Source of the DNA: an uncultured virus (IMG/VR IMGVR_UViG_3300033141_003443)
Taxonomy: Duplodnaviria; Heunggongvirae; Uroviricota; Caudoviricetes
Strand: one strand, 5' to 3'
Length of the DNA stretch: 64,000 nt
Virus record (IMG/VR): IMGVR_UViG_3300033141_003443
Coordinates: 1-64,000 of that record
In this document: piece after piece, positions 48,061-57,563 of the stretch
Numbering within the stretch: position 1 is the stretch's first letter
Layout of the letters: the number at the start of each line of letters is the position of its first letter
Program-made: the position numbers and the translations under genes
Notes under the pieces: model-generated
What the model was told of the DNA's origin: nothing
Database searches by the model: none
The model's input: the letters and a program-made list of their open reading frames with translations, nothing else

Positions 48061-48282
48061 TTAAGTTAATCTTGTCAAAATGACTTCTAACTGTTTAATG
48101 TGTTCAGAATTCTCCTCTACTTCCTGTTCTAACTCGGTACGGCGTTCAACACACCTATTACGAAGCCTTAAATATTTTAAAGCCTCAGAATTCTTATATT
48201 CAATACCTTCTAAACGCATTTTTTGACAGGCTTTTTGAGATGTTATTAATTGTTGTAATTCTTCTTTTAAATTCATATCCAT
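48061..48282 (-). CDS. Coiled-coil hypothetical protein
   Basis: ORF with GAGG RBS. Confidence 0.5.
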   Translation of the reverse strand: MDMNLKEELQQLITSQKACQKMRLEGIEYKNSEALKYLRLRNRCVERRTELEQEVEENSEHIKQLEVILTRLT

Positions 48283-48442
48283 TAACCTCTTCTTAAACGA
48301 TTGTACCTTTTATCTAATTTAATCAAAAAGTCTTTAGCTTTTAACCAGTTCTCTCCCATAGAGCGAGACTTATTTTTTAACGAATAACAATGAGCTAATT
48401 TTTCCAAGGTTCTCTGTTTGAGATCAATAACCATGATTAGTC

Positions 48443-49177
48443 CTACTGTTTCATTACTTTAATATATGCGTCAACCTTTTTAAGGAAAACCCTTATATCA
48501 CTTACGGGTTCATAAATGCTAATATCATCAAACATTAATCTGCCCCAGAGAATCCCGACTAACTCTTTTTGGATGTTGTAAACTCCGCCGCCGGAACACC
48601 CCCGTTTGCTCTTAAATCCGGCCCAATGCCAGTCCTTTGAGGTTCTTAAAACCTTACCGATAGAATCAAATAATTTCATGGTTGGATAACCCACATGCAC
48701 TAATTCCTCTTGAAGTTTTGGATTATGTCTTGCTAAACTTACAGGAGTCTTTTCTGGGATCTTACCACGAATAATTACTAAAGAGAGGTCTTCATCCATA
48801 GGGGAGAATACTGCGCTGGCTTGAACATTTTCAATTAAAGTCTCTTCAGTCGGGCTAACACAATGTTTACAAGTAATAACGTAGGAATAATCCTTACTTT
48901 CTTTTATCAATACGCCAGAACAAAAGCCGAGACTTCGACCCAGACCAAATATACTAACAGTATACTTTTGAACTTCCTCGGAGATTTTATCTTTACGAAC
49001 TTCACTGGCAAACTCTTCTATTTCTTCCGAATCAATGACCCTCTTTTCGTCTGTAGAGCAGGTTAATTCTGGTTCTGTATTTCGCGCTTGGGCCTGAATT
49101 GAGAAAAAATTAAAACATAAATATAGCCCAGAAAACAGAAGACAGATACCTATTATACGCATTATTGATTTAATCAT
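48443..49177 (-). CDS. Exported trypsin-like serine protease
   Basis: N-terminal signal/TM; CSGV, TCKHC, DLSL, VGYP, GCSGGG. Confidence 0.85.
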   Translation of the reverse strand: MIKSIMRIIGICLLFSGLYLCFNFFSIQAQARNTEPELTCSTDEKRVIDSEEIEEFASEVRKDKISEEVQKYTVSIFGLGRSLGFCSGVLIKESKDYSYVITCKHCVSPTEETLIENVQASAVFSPMDEDLSLVIIRGKIPEKTPVSLARHNPKLQEELVHVGYPTMKLFDSIGKVLRTSKDWHWAGFKSKRGCSGGGVYNIQKELVGILWGRLMFDDISIYEPVSDIRVFLKKVDAYIKVMKQ

Positions 49178-49706
49178 TAGAAGACTCCTTGTTTAAAATA
49201 AAAAATCTGAAAGATATAATGGTATCAGACATTAAATGATTCCACCAATTAATCTTTCCATATTTCGGAGGATGGAATTTAGCAATAGTCATCCATTTAG
49301 GATAGAGCTTTTTAACCGCATCTAAGGGTTTAATCTCTTCGGTATAGCGGATAAAGCCATTACTAAATACATGATAATAACCATACTGCTTAAAGGTGGT
49401 AACAATATGGGCACCTTTCTTAAAATAGATTGTATACATCTGAACTTCGTAACCAAAATAATCCAGAACATACTGAGTATGGATACCAAAGTCATCACAA
49501 TCACCCATTCGGGTTTCTGCAAAGTCTTCAGGGGATTGGTAATATTCTATAGAACCGAATTGTGTCTTATCAGATATGTAAGAAAAATTTGCTATATAGA
49601 TTTTCTGTAAATCTTGAGGCGTTATATCCTTAGCAATAGCGATATTACAGAATAATAGCATAAAGAGTAAAATCAAACTGCATAGTAAATTTTTCATCGT
49701 AGCCAT
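49170..49706 (-). CDS. Exported transglutaminase-like cysteine protease (BTLCP/C93-like)
   Basis: Signal peptide ending AIA; YISD..QFG..EYYQSP......GDCDDF; AHIV. Confidence 0.75.
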   Translation of the reverse strand: MATMKNLLCSLILLFMLLFCNIAIAKDITPQDLQKIYIANFSYISDKTQFGSIEYYQSPEDFAETRMGDCDDFGIHTQYVLDYFGYEVQMYTIYFKKGAHIVTTFKQYGYYHVFSNGFIRYTEEIKPLDAVKKLYPKWMTIAKFHPPKYGKINWWNHLMSDTIISFRFFILNKESSND

Positions 49707-49829
49707 AGCCTTCTCACCATTAATTACTCCCGTTTAAAAGCACTATAAGAATAAATATCTGGTTTTCCATCAGAGAAATATCAAAACGCCCGTCTTAAGT
49801 CTTCTAATTGTTGTTTTTGTGTGAATTTT

Positions 49830-50930
49830 TTATGCCTCTGCAAACCTCTTAATTAATTTTTGTTTTATCTCAGAGAGTAGACCCTTTTCCTTGAGCGTGA
49901 TTAAAAGTTCTTTTTGTCCTTTAACTTTAATATCACCATAAGAATACATGGCCCCACCTCTTTTAATTATCCCATATTGGGTAGCATATGTCAAGAGAAC
50001 CTTTGCATTATTAAATTTTGGTGGAGAAAAATAAAACTCCGTAACACCGGAAACTAACGGTACGGAATATTTCGATCTATCAATATGAAATTTCATTTCT
50101 CGGCCAACAACCTTCTCATTCTTTGTCAACTTTGCTCCGGGTCTCACCTTAATAATATAAGAGGAATGATGCTTTAATGCCTCTCCGCCGGGAATAGTCT
50201 CCGGCGAACCATACACAACACCAACCTTATTCCTAAGATGGGCAATTAAAACAACCAGTGTATCATTATAACTATCCGGATCTTGTAAATCCGCCGGTTG
50301 AAGCCCTGAGGTAAGCTTTTGGACTAATTTACCATTACGCCGAGCCTGTAAAGCATATTGATCTTTTTCAGTCTTTTTATCTAAAGCCTCTTTAGGTACG
50401 CCTGCGGTTACACTATCGAAAATAACTATTCCAAATTGTTTACTCCTAACAGCCACATCTGCAAGATCAATAGCCTCTTCCAAATTATTTGGGCGGGCGA
50501 TATGAAAGTGTTTTAAGTCGTTCCCTAATTTTTTAATCCAAGGTTTATCAATGTCACCTTCACATGCAATATATAAACTAGGAATACCTTGCATAGTAAA
50601 TACTCCCGCCAGCATTAAAGCTGTAAGAGTTTTCCCCGAGTTAAACGGGCCATATAATAAACTAATAGAGCCTCTGGGCAGCCCGCCCTCAGTTAAAATA
50701 TCCAGAAGTAAATTTCGAGTCGAAACTTTTTGCACATTAAGAAGATCCTCAGCAGAAGCAATTGTGCCCTGACCAAACTGCTTTTCGATTACGGCGAGAG
50801 TCTTGTTAAAATCCTTAATCTCTTCTGCTGTAGGAGCTTTTAATTTAGGAACGTCATCAATCATTTGTTCCTGTTGTGTTTCGGTTACAACAGGTTGTTC
50901 CTTAATAGGTTCTTTCTTTTTCTGTGACAT
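49830..50930 (-). CDS. recA: RecA/UvsX recombinase
   Basis: IEKQFGQG, GGLPRG, GPFNSGKT, FDSV, PETIPGGEALKH. Confidence 0.92.
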   Translation of the reverse strand: MSQKKKEPIKEQPVVTETQQEQMIDDVPKLKAPTAEEIKDFNKTLAVIEKQFGQGTIASAEDLLNVQKVSTRNLLLDILTEGGLPRGSISLLYGPFNSGKTLTALMLAGVFTMQGIPSLYIACEGDIDKPWIKKLGNDLKHFHIARPNNLEEAIDLADVAVRSKQFGIVIFDSVTAGVPKEALDKKTEKDQYALQARRNGKLVQKLTSGLQPADLQDPDSYNDTLVVLIAHLRNKVGVVYGSPETIPGGEALKHHSSYIIKVRPGAKLTKNEKVVGREMKFHIDRSKYSVPLVSGVTEFYFSPPKFNNAKVLLTYATQYGIIKRGGAMYSYGDIKVKGQKELLITLKEKGLLSEIKQKLIKRFAEA

Positions 50931-50954
50931 CAGTTTGTCTCCTAAAAACTTTTA

Positions 50955-51587
50955 TTATAGATCAATGTCTAAATCAGCGAAGTCATCATCAACCGGAGTC
51001 TCTTTTTCAGTTTCTTCTGCGGTATCCAAATCCTCAATAGAATCTTCAGATATATCTTCCGGAGAATCAGTAATTGATTCGTCTATATCGTTTGCCCCAT
51101 CAAGGTCTCTTACTTGTTGATCTTCTGGTGTTTTGGTTTTGGCTGTTTGATTTTTATACCAATCAAGAGTTTCAGCCATATTTTTGATACAAACCCTATG
51201 TAAAGAATTCACCTCATCAGCGGTCTTTACATCCGTTGCTTGAGCTAAATAAAGAGCCATATCCTTAGCCCATGCCGCGAACATGGAAACAGGAATATCC
51301 CCATTATACTTATCTCCACCCGAGCTTTTTGACCCACCGGCGCGTTTTTTAATCCCAAGAGCATCTCTCTGCTTATTATCTAACCAAACGGAGTTGGGAA
51401 ATTTACCCTCACCATGAGGGCAGTCCTCATTCTTACATCTCAAGTCAGGTGACTTTTCGGTTTTTTTCTGGCCGAAAATATTATTCCACATGTTTGACCC
51501 ACAATCACATGTAAAATCCCAATAACCTTTTTCGTTCTTCTTTGCTGAAAAATGATTCTTTTTCGATTTAACTACATTATTTCCCAT
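50955..51587 (-). CDS. Putative ssDNA-binding or recombination accessory protein
   Basis: N-terminal Cys cluster, acidic tail DDDFADLDIDL; lies between polA and recA. Confidence 0.45.
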   Translation of the reverse strand: MGNNVVKSKKNHFSAKKNEKGYWDFTCDCGSNMWNNIFGQKKTEKSPDLRCKNEDCPHGEGKFPNSVWLDNKQRDALGIKKRAGGSKSSGGDKYNGDIPVSMFAAWAKDMALYLAQATDVKTADEVNSLHRVCIKNMAETLDWYKNQTAKTKTPEDQQVRDLDGANDIDESITDSPEDISEDSIEDLDTAEETEKETPVDDDFADLDIDL

Positions 51588-51616
51588 CGCTTAATCCTCC
51601 TTGTTTATATTCTCAC

Positions 51617-51660
51617 TTAGCATTATTATAAGTATACCATATTTTTAAACGTTTGTCAAG
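51617..51660 (-). promoter_or_regulatory. 44-bp promoter cassette, copy B
   Basis: Identical to 34401-34444. Confidence 0.85.
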
Positions 51661-52117
51661 TTTTTTCTGTATCGCCAAATAAAACCATAAGCAGTTTTAA
51701 GCCCCCCTAAACAACATGAAGAAATATTTGAATGTTTAAAATTTAAAGCCCTTTCAATATCTCTCGTGCTTTTCCAATCTTTAATAAAAATAAAATCTTT
51801 TGAATATTGATTAACAATTTTATTCTTGACTCTTTGATTCATTTCAGCCACATTTTGTCCGTGTTCAATAAAACGACAATTACTAAAAATATAATGACCA
51901 TTTGAATCTTCTCGATCAATACTCGGCTTTGCCGTTTTATTAGCTCCGTCACGAAACCATAATTGTTGAAGCCCCTCAAGTGTAATTAAGCATTTTATTC
52001 CTTTACCGCCATAATATTTAAACTTTTCCTGTTGGGATTATTACAGCGAGATAGAATATTTTTATAAATATATTTTAATTTATTCTTTCTATAATCTTTT
52101 TGTCCCCAACTTAACAT
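51645..52117 (-). pseudogene. HNH-NUMOD1 endonuclease with a 1-nt frameshift, copy 4
   Basis: MLSWG...SRCNNP / shifted frame QEKFKYYGGKGIKC...LWFRDGA...PSIDREDSNGHY.FSNCRFIE...TAYGFIWRY. Confidence 0.8.
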
Positions 52118-54636
52118 ATGTCCTGCCACGACTTTCCCGTTTTTGACTCAAGAGTTAATGGAACTTTTAATTTAGTATATGGAGATTGTGCATATTTTAA
52201 GACTATTTCTTTAACTTTTTCTAAATCACAATCTTTAACTTCGAGAATTCCCGCATCATGAATCTGGTGAACATAACGAACATCTAAATTGTTTTCTCTA
52301 ACCTTTTCCCAAACCTTAAACATGCCGATAAAAACCATCTCTACAGCCCAACTTTGAACAATAAAAGATTTCGCCTGCCTAACGATCTCTTCTCGTTGTC
52401 TTCCCTTAGCTAACTCTATATCGGGAAAAAGCCTGAGAGTACCGAAAGGGGTCATCAATTTTTTATGTTTAAAGACGCGTTGTTCAATTTGATTTAGCCA
52501 AACCCAACCTTCTCGGCATAACTGAAAAAATAATTTCTGAATCTGCTCCGCCTCTTCAATTGATCCACCGTGTTCTGCAACGATACCTTCCGGGGATCTT
52601 CCGTACATTGAACCATAAACAATCGTCTTAACTTTATTCCTTTTTTCAGCATACTCAGCATCTTTTTTGTTTAGAAATTTTTCCTCAGGCTCTCGATAAA
52701 ACTGAGCCGCAATAAAGGCATGAATATCTCGACCAGCATTAACAAACTCAATCCCTTTAGAATCCTTTGACAAATCTAACCAGACCCGAAATTCGATTTG
52801 TGAATAATCATAGTATAAATAGCTGTATCCCTTTTCTGGAATAAAAATTTCCTTAATACGGCTGAGTCGTGGTACATTTTGAATATTGGGTTTTGAGCTC
52901 ATCACACGGGATGAGTCCGGAGAGAATGGATTAAAGCTACTATGAATTCTTCCGTCAATTCCAATAGCCTTTATATAGCCGCGTAATTTTTCAATATGGC
53001 CTTTAACGGTTCGATAATTTACCAGCACATTAAGAGAAGGCCGTTTACTTGCGAGTTTTCTTATAGCCTCTGCATTACATGAAGGATTATCTGAGTTAGT
53101 TTTAACATGAACCGGTAATTGTAGATCCTCATAAAGTAATTTTGTTAATTGCTTCGATGAGTTTAAGCTAAATTCCTCGGGTAAATTAAACTTCTTTTTA
53201 AATTTGGTCTCACACTTATCTTTCTCTGCCTGATAAAAATCAATAATTTCGTATGCCTTTTTTTCATCAATCTTTATCCCGTGAAATTCTAAATCTGAGG
53301 CGATAATTTTAATCATGTTGGTTAATATTTTATTTGAAATTAGACTTCCCTGTTCCTTGAGTTTTCTGAAAAGATTCACAAAAAGCGTGGCTGTATAATA
53401 GGTATCCTCAGCACAATAATACCTTCGGTCTTCCATACTTAGGGCCAGAATATGCGCCCGGTCAATCTGTTCCTTATATGAAATTCCAAAATACAATTGA
53501 ACCAGAAAACCTAAAGCATTGGCCCCTAACGGGTTCAGAAGAAATTGCATCATCCGAGTATCCGAAACTAAGTTATTAAATAAATCATGTCCGGCAGCAT
53601 AGAGGAATTGTAAATCAAACCCACCATTATGAAATACGACTTTTCGTTTCTTTATGACCCGGGCACAGGCCGGCAAGACTTCAGTATAGAAAGGATTTTT
53701 TTCTGGTTTCTCTATTAAACGTTTGCCAGCACCATTACACCGAGAACATTCGATCGTATCCGGTAGTTTATTAAACCGCTCTTTCTGTAAGTCAGTTTTT
53801 GCTTTGGCTAAATTTTCAATCTTTTCTTGGTTCGGTATCTGTCCCTTATTACAATCTTTATGGCCACACTTAACTATAGCTCCAAAGTTTTCTGCATCAA
53901 AAGAGACGGTCTGTTTTGTTTTAACATCAGTCAAAGCTATAGTAACAATCTTATCGGATAAAGGATCAAGACCAGTCGTTTCAACGTCACTAGAGATATA
54001 CTCTCCCAAAGCATTTAGATCCTTGAGATCATGAGAATACTCGACTTTTTTCTGAAGCCTTACCTCATCCTGTTTTAATATTACCCCAACCTTAGCAAAA
54101 GCCTTTTCCGTTTGGCGAATCTGAACGCACTTATTGGAGAAATTTGTTAAATAAAACATATCATAGACCGGGACTAAATTACAATCATACTCGGCATTAT
54201 AGAAACTCTTACCCATAACCTGTTTTAGCGGGACTTTCGGATTTACATCAGGAATAAACCATTGTGTAACCATGCGGCCAATTAATATAATGACTTTCGG
54301 TTTGACTTCTTCGATTTCTTTTTTAAGGTAAAGCTCATAACATTTTTGTTTCATGACCTTAGTTGGTTTCTTTTTCTTATCAGAAATAAAGCATTTCACA
54401 AAAGTCGTTACATAGATCGAGTTTAAACTTAGACCTATTTTTTCTAAATATCGATCAAGATAATTGTTATATTCACTATCTGAGGCAATAGATTCAGACT
54501 GAATATCGTTCATAAAAGGAGAATCAAAAACCAACATTACTTCAGAATCTTTCCGGCCACGGCCTTCAGTAAAGTTAGCTTCAATAAAACCTCTACAAGA
54601 TTGCTTGTGGAATGAGCACTCTTTACACTTTAACAT
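52111..54636 (-). CDS. polA: Family A DNA polymerase with N-terminal UDG-like domain and 3'-5' exonuclease
   Basis: DVETTG, HNGGFD, YCAED; SS.PNIQN, DYSQIEFR, R..K...YG..YG, IHD. Confidence 0.93.
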   Translation of the reverse strand: MLKCKECSFHKQSCRGFIEANFTEGRGRKDSEVMLVFDSPFMNDIQSESIASDSEYNNYLDRYLEKIGLSLNSIYVTTFVKCFISDKKKKPTKVMKQKCYELYLKKEIEEVKPKVIILIGRMVTQWFIPDVNPKVPLKQVMGKSFYNAEYDCNLVPVYDMFYLTNFSNKCVQIRQTEKAFAKVGVILKQDEVRLQKKVEYSHDLKDLNALGEYISSDVETTGLDPLSDKIVTIALTDVKTKQTVSFDAENFGAIVKCGHKDCNKGQIPNQEKIENLAKAKTDLQKERFNKLPDTIECSRCNGAGKRLIEKPEKNPFYTEVLPACARVIKKRKVVFHNGGFDLQFLYAAGHDLFNNLVSDTRMMQFLLNPLGANALGFLVQLYFGISYKEQIDRAHILALSMEDRRYYCAEDTYYTATLFVNLFRKLKEQGSLISNKILTNMIKIIASDLEFHGIKIDEKKAYEIIDFYQAEKDKCETKFKKKFNLPEEFSLNSSKQLTKLLYEDLQLPVHVKTNSDNPSCNAEAIRKLASKRPSLNVLVNYRTVKGHIEKLRGYIKAIGIDGRIHSSFNPFSPDSSRVMSSKPNIQNVPRLSRIKEIFIPEKGYSYLYYDYSQIEFRVWLDLSKDSKGIEFVNAGRDIHAFIAAQFYREPEEKFLNKKDAEYAEKRNKVKTIVYGSMYGRSPEGIVAEHGGSIEEAEQIQKLFFQLCREGWVWLNQIEQRVFKHKKLMTPFGTLRLFPDIELAKGRQREEIVRQAKSFIVQSWAVEMVFIGMFKVWEKVRENNLDVRYVHQIHDAGILEVKDCDLEKVKEIVLKYAQSPYTKLKVPLTLESKTGKSWQDIC

Positions 54637-54639
54637 TTA

Positions 54640-54960
54640 TTAGCCTCCAAATCGAACCTTCATTAAAACAATTCCAAAAAGAGTTAATACTAAACCAATC
54701 CACTGATTTAAAACAAAATTCTTGCTTTCACCCAAGTAAATAAACATACCTGCATAACCTAAAAGTACAATAAAATCATAGATTAAACCATCAATCAAAA
54801 GATTTTTGGAAATCTTAGCCACGAAAGGCCAGATAGGGATCGGCAGAAACATCAGAAAGAATAACCATGACTTTGGATTCTGGTTTATTACTTTTGAAAT
54901 CCAAGCCCATCCACAAGTTAAGACCATAATGGAGGGAATCCACCAAAGATAGTGTATCAT
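54640..54960 (-). CDS. Small multi-TM (SMR/EamA-like) membrane protein
   Basis: Four hydrophobic segments, GE....QWIGLVL..FGIVL. Confidence 0.6.
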   Translation of the reverse strand: MIHYLWWIPSIMVLTCGWAWISKVINQNPKSWLFFLMFLPIPIWPFVAKISKNLLIDGLIYDFIVLLGYAGMFIYLGESKNFVLNQWIGLVLTLFGIVLMKVRFGG

Positions 54961-54975
54961 TATATAAGCTCCGTT

Positions 54976-55236
54976 TTACCAGCCCTCAGAATACTCAAGT
55001 CTTATTGTTTTTTTCTGTGACTGGCCTCTTAGTTTATAATAGGAAAAACGAAATCTCCAAAGTTTTTTTTCAAGATGAGTATACTTTGCTGTAATATCCA
55101 AAGTCTTAAACCACCACGTATTAATATTATTGTAAAGTTTGAACAATAGAATAAACGGTATCAGGCATATCATCGTACCGATATAGATAAAAACGATCCC
55201 TAATACCCAATTAATAAAAGGTATTTGTAACCACAT
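54976..55236 (-). CDS. Membrane hypothetical protein
   Basis: N-terminal TM segment. Confidence 0.5.
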   Translation of the reverse strand: MWLQIPFINWVLGIVFIYIGTMICLIPFILLFKLYNNINTWWFKTLDITAKYTHLEKKLWRFRFSYYKLRGQSQKKTIRLEYSEGW

Positions 55237-55643
55237 TATTTAGAGTCTACCTTTTTCTTTGCATTAAGCCAGCGATCTATAAACCTGCAATTATCATAGG
55301 AGTAATCTAAAGAAGATTTCCGCCTATCTAAAGAGGGGTTAGTCAAGGCCCCAGCATTATCCCGGAACCATAATTTCTTAACCTCTACCAAAGTCAGGTT
55401 AAATTTGACACCTTTGGCGCCATACCACTTATACCCGGGACACTTTGGATTCTCACAACGCTGTTTAGCATTGACATAGAAACGTAACCACGGATGTTTC
55501 TCCCGATAACCATTCGTCTTCTGATCCCGGCCATCGTGGTGCTTCTGGTAATAAGCCTGTTTTTGCTCTCGAAGCTTCTCCCGGTTGGCTTCACGCCATT
55601 TTTTTAAATACTCTTTTCTTTTTACGGGGTCTTTAATGGGCAT
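55236..55643 (-). mobile_element. HNH endonuclease, copy 5
   Basis: KHPW, RCENP, WYGAKGVKF, LWFRD, PSLDR, DYSYDNCRFID. Confidence 0.8.
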
Positions 55644-55806
55644 CTTTTATCCTCAATATGTCTTGGGTTAACCTGTTTAATTAAAAATTCAAATCCAAAT
55701 ATAGTTAAACAATAGGGTTTATTCTTTTTATTTTCTAATTTACCTATTGAAAATATCCAGTAAATAAACCTCTTATAATTACTGAAATATATCCAATATA
55801 AATAGT

Positions 55807-56058
55807 TCATTTTTCACCACGATTAAAATTCTTCAATAAGCGACTAAAGAGACCACCTTTGACACTCTTCTGTTTTTTGTCAGCCATTTCCTTCTCTTTT
55901 AATTGCCGATACCATTCCGCTCCGTCGATAAGGGCGGTCTCTTCCGGCTTAACAGGTTTCTTTTTTCTACCCCTTAATCTATTACGAGTGATTTCGTAAA
56001 GTTTTCTCCGAGCATGGTTTTTCGCCAGCTTTTTTATCTTTCGTTTTGTTTGGCTCAT
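55807..56058 (-). CDS. Basic hypothetical protein
   Basis: ORF. Confidence 0.5.
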   Translation of the reverse strand: MSQTKRKIKKLAKNHARRKLYEITRNRLRGRKKKPVKPEETALIDGAEWYRQLKEKEMADKKQKSVKGGLFSRLLKNFNRGEK

Positions 56059-56342
56059 TTCTTTACTCCAATGTTATTTGGAACTACTCGATGATTTTTT
56101 CGGTCTCTCCGACAGTTCAAAATCTTACAGTCAAAATTTTTCTCATAACCTTCTTTGGTATAATAGCTGGTAGAAAAACTCATATTCTGGCCTACGCCAT
56201 AATGGAAGGTGTGAGCAAACATATTTTTTTTAAAATCTTTCTTTCCAGTAACGGGACAGATAGCTGTTTGACTAAATTGTACGATTAACCAAATAGTTAA
56301 AATAATCTGATAAACAATTAATCCAATAATGAGTTCTTTCAT
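56055..56342 (-). CDS. Hypothetical protein with N-terminal TM
   Basis: GGAGG RBS; follows a structured leader. Confidence 0.55.
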   Translation of the reverse strand: MKELIIGLIVYQIILTIWLIVQFSQTAICPVTGKKDFKKNMFAHTFHYGVGQNMSFSTSYYTKEGYEKNFDCKILNCRRDRKNHRVVPNNIGVKK

Positions 56343-56365
56343 CTTGATTCCTCCAAAAGTTTTTC

Positions 56366-56502
56366 ACCCAGAGGGGCCTCCAAAACCTACCCTTTAGCAA
56401 CTATCAGTTTCATCATAGGCCCCGTTCCACTATTTTCTATCAGCAGGTTTTAATAAACATAGGTATACGCTCCTTACTTTATCAAACCTTCACTGTCTGG
56501 GT
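56366..56502 (-). ncRNA. Candidate sRNA or structured 5' leader
   Basis: Closing stem ACCCAGA/TCTGGGT starts at the predicted TSS; internal stems. Confidence 0.5.
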
Positions 56503-56508
56503 TTTTTA

Positions 56509-56537
56509 AGTATATCATATTTTTTAGTGTTTGTCAA
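56509..56537 (-). promoter_or_regulatory. sigma70 promoter TTGACA-17-TATACT
   Basis: TTGACA aacactaaaaaatatga TATACT. Confidence 0.8.
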
Positions 56538-56678
56538 GTATGACTATTTGATTCTTTGAAATCATTTTAACCCGGTCTTTTAAATAACGAGCCCGTCGAC
56601 CATTGTAATAGGTAACATAGGTATATTTTGTTTTCTTCTCAATTGACCTAACCATATTATATTTCAGATGGTTACACA

Positions 56679-57551
56679 TCAAAAATTTCCCGGGGCCACC
56701 TGTAAACAGGTTAAGCCAAGCTCTCGCCACATCTGAACGACTTGATCGCGGTCATCTAAAATGAAATCAATATTATATTTACCCCGGATATTTTCATCAA
56801 ATAATTCTCTTTTAATAATAGAATCTTTACGTACGTCTCCTGTCTTTCTCATGAATATTTTTAATTCTTTATCCATGACCTGAACGTTCTTTTTAATCCA
56901 CTGTATTGACTGCCTCTTACAACTATCATCTCTACCTGACATAAAGATTACATCACCCTGTCCGTAAGAGAGGTAATCTTCAACGATTTGGATAACCGGA
57001 TCATTTGGTAAATCGGTATCGCATTTATCATACTCATAAGGAGTCCGCCCATTATGTAAACAAATAGTTCCGTCCAAATCACAAATAATCGTAGCAGGTA
57101 ATCCTTCAATGTATTCTATTTTTGTTATTTCAGGTTTGAGATACAGATCATAAAATTTTCGGATCACCTTTTCACCCACCGAGTTAGCCCGTTTTAAGTC
57201 ACGTTCAATACATTTTTCTAAAGATAGATCAAAGATCTTAGTTTCAAACTGCAATATGCGTTCAGTCCCATAATACTCATGGATAAACCGAATCTTACGA
57301 TCAAAATTTATTGGATTCAAATGTGTAGCATCAACTATTATATTATACCCACTATCTAAGGCGTCCGTGATACAAGATTTTTCCATCCGGGAAATTAAGT
57401 CCTCCTGTTTAGGTAGCCAATACTTACCCCGCATACGCCTTAAATCATCACGGCTAACCCGAATCCAGTCTATATTCTTCTCACAGTATGCTCGGGCCCA
57501 TGTTGACTTACCACTAGCGGGAAGCCCTTGGGTAAAGATTACTTTAGACAT
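56679..57551 (-). CDS. pseT: Polynucleotide 5'-kinase/3'-phosphatase (T4 PseT-like)
   Basis: GLPASGKST, SRDDLR, DLDGT, SGR, DDRDQVV.MWR. Confidence 0.92.
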   Translation of the reverse strand: MSKVIFTQGLPASGKSTWARAYCEKNIDWIRVSRDDLRRMRGKYWLPKQEDLISRMEKSCITDALDSGYNIIVDATHLNPINFDRKIRFIHEYYGTERILQFETKIFDLSLEKCIERDLKRANSVGEKVIRKFYDLYLKPEITKIEYIEGLPATIICDLDGTICLHNGRTPYEYDKCDTDLPNDPVIQIVEDYLSYGQGDVIFMSGRDDSCKRQSIQWIKKNVQVMDKELKIFMRKTGDVRKDSIIKRELFDENIRGKYNIDFILDDRDQVVQMWRELGLTCLQVAPGNF

Positions 57552-57563
57552 GAAGTCTCCCCA

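Noticed and set aside
30327..54636. Inteins or introns in TerL, RecA or PolA
   Set aside because: Insertions are short and lack the C/S...HN-C/S/T splice motifs; reading frames are continuous.
56401..56450. Hammerhead ribozyme or fluoride riboswitch
   Set aside because: The sequence has CTGATAG and ATGATGA rather than CTGANGA with a correctly placed GAAA; the fluoride 5' GATGG element is absent.
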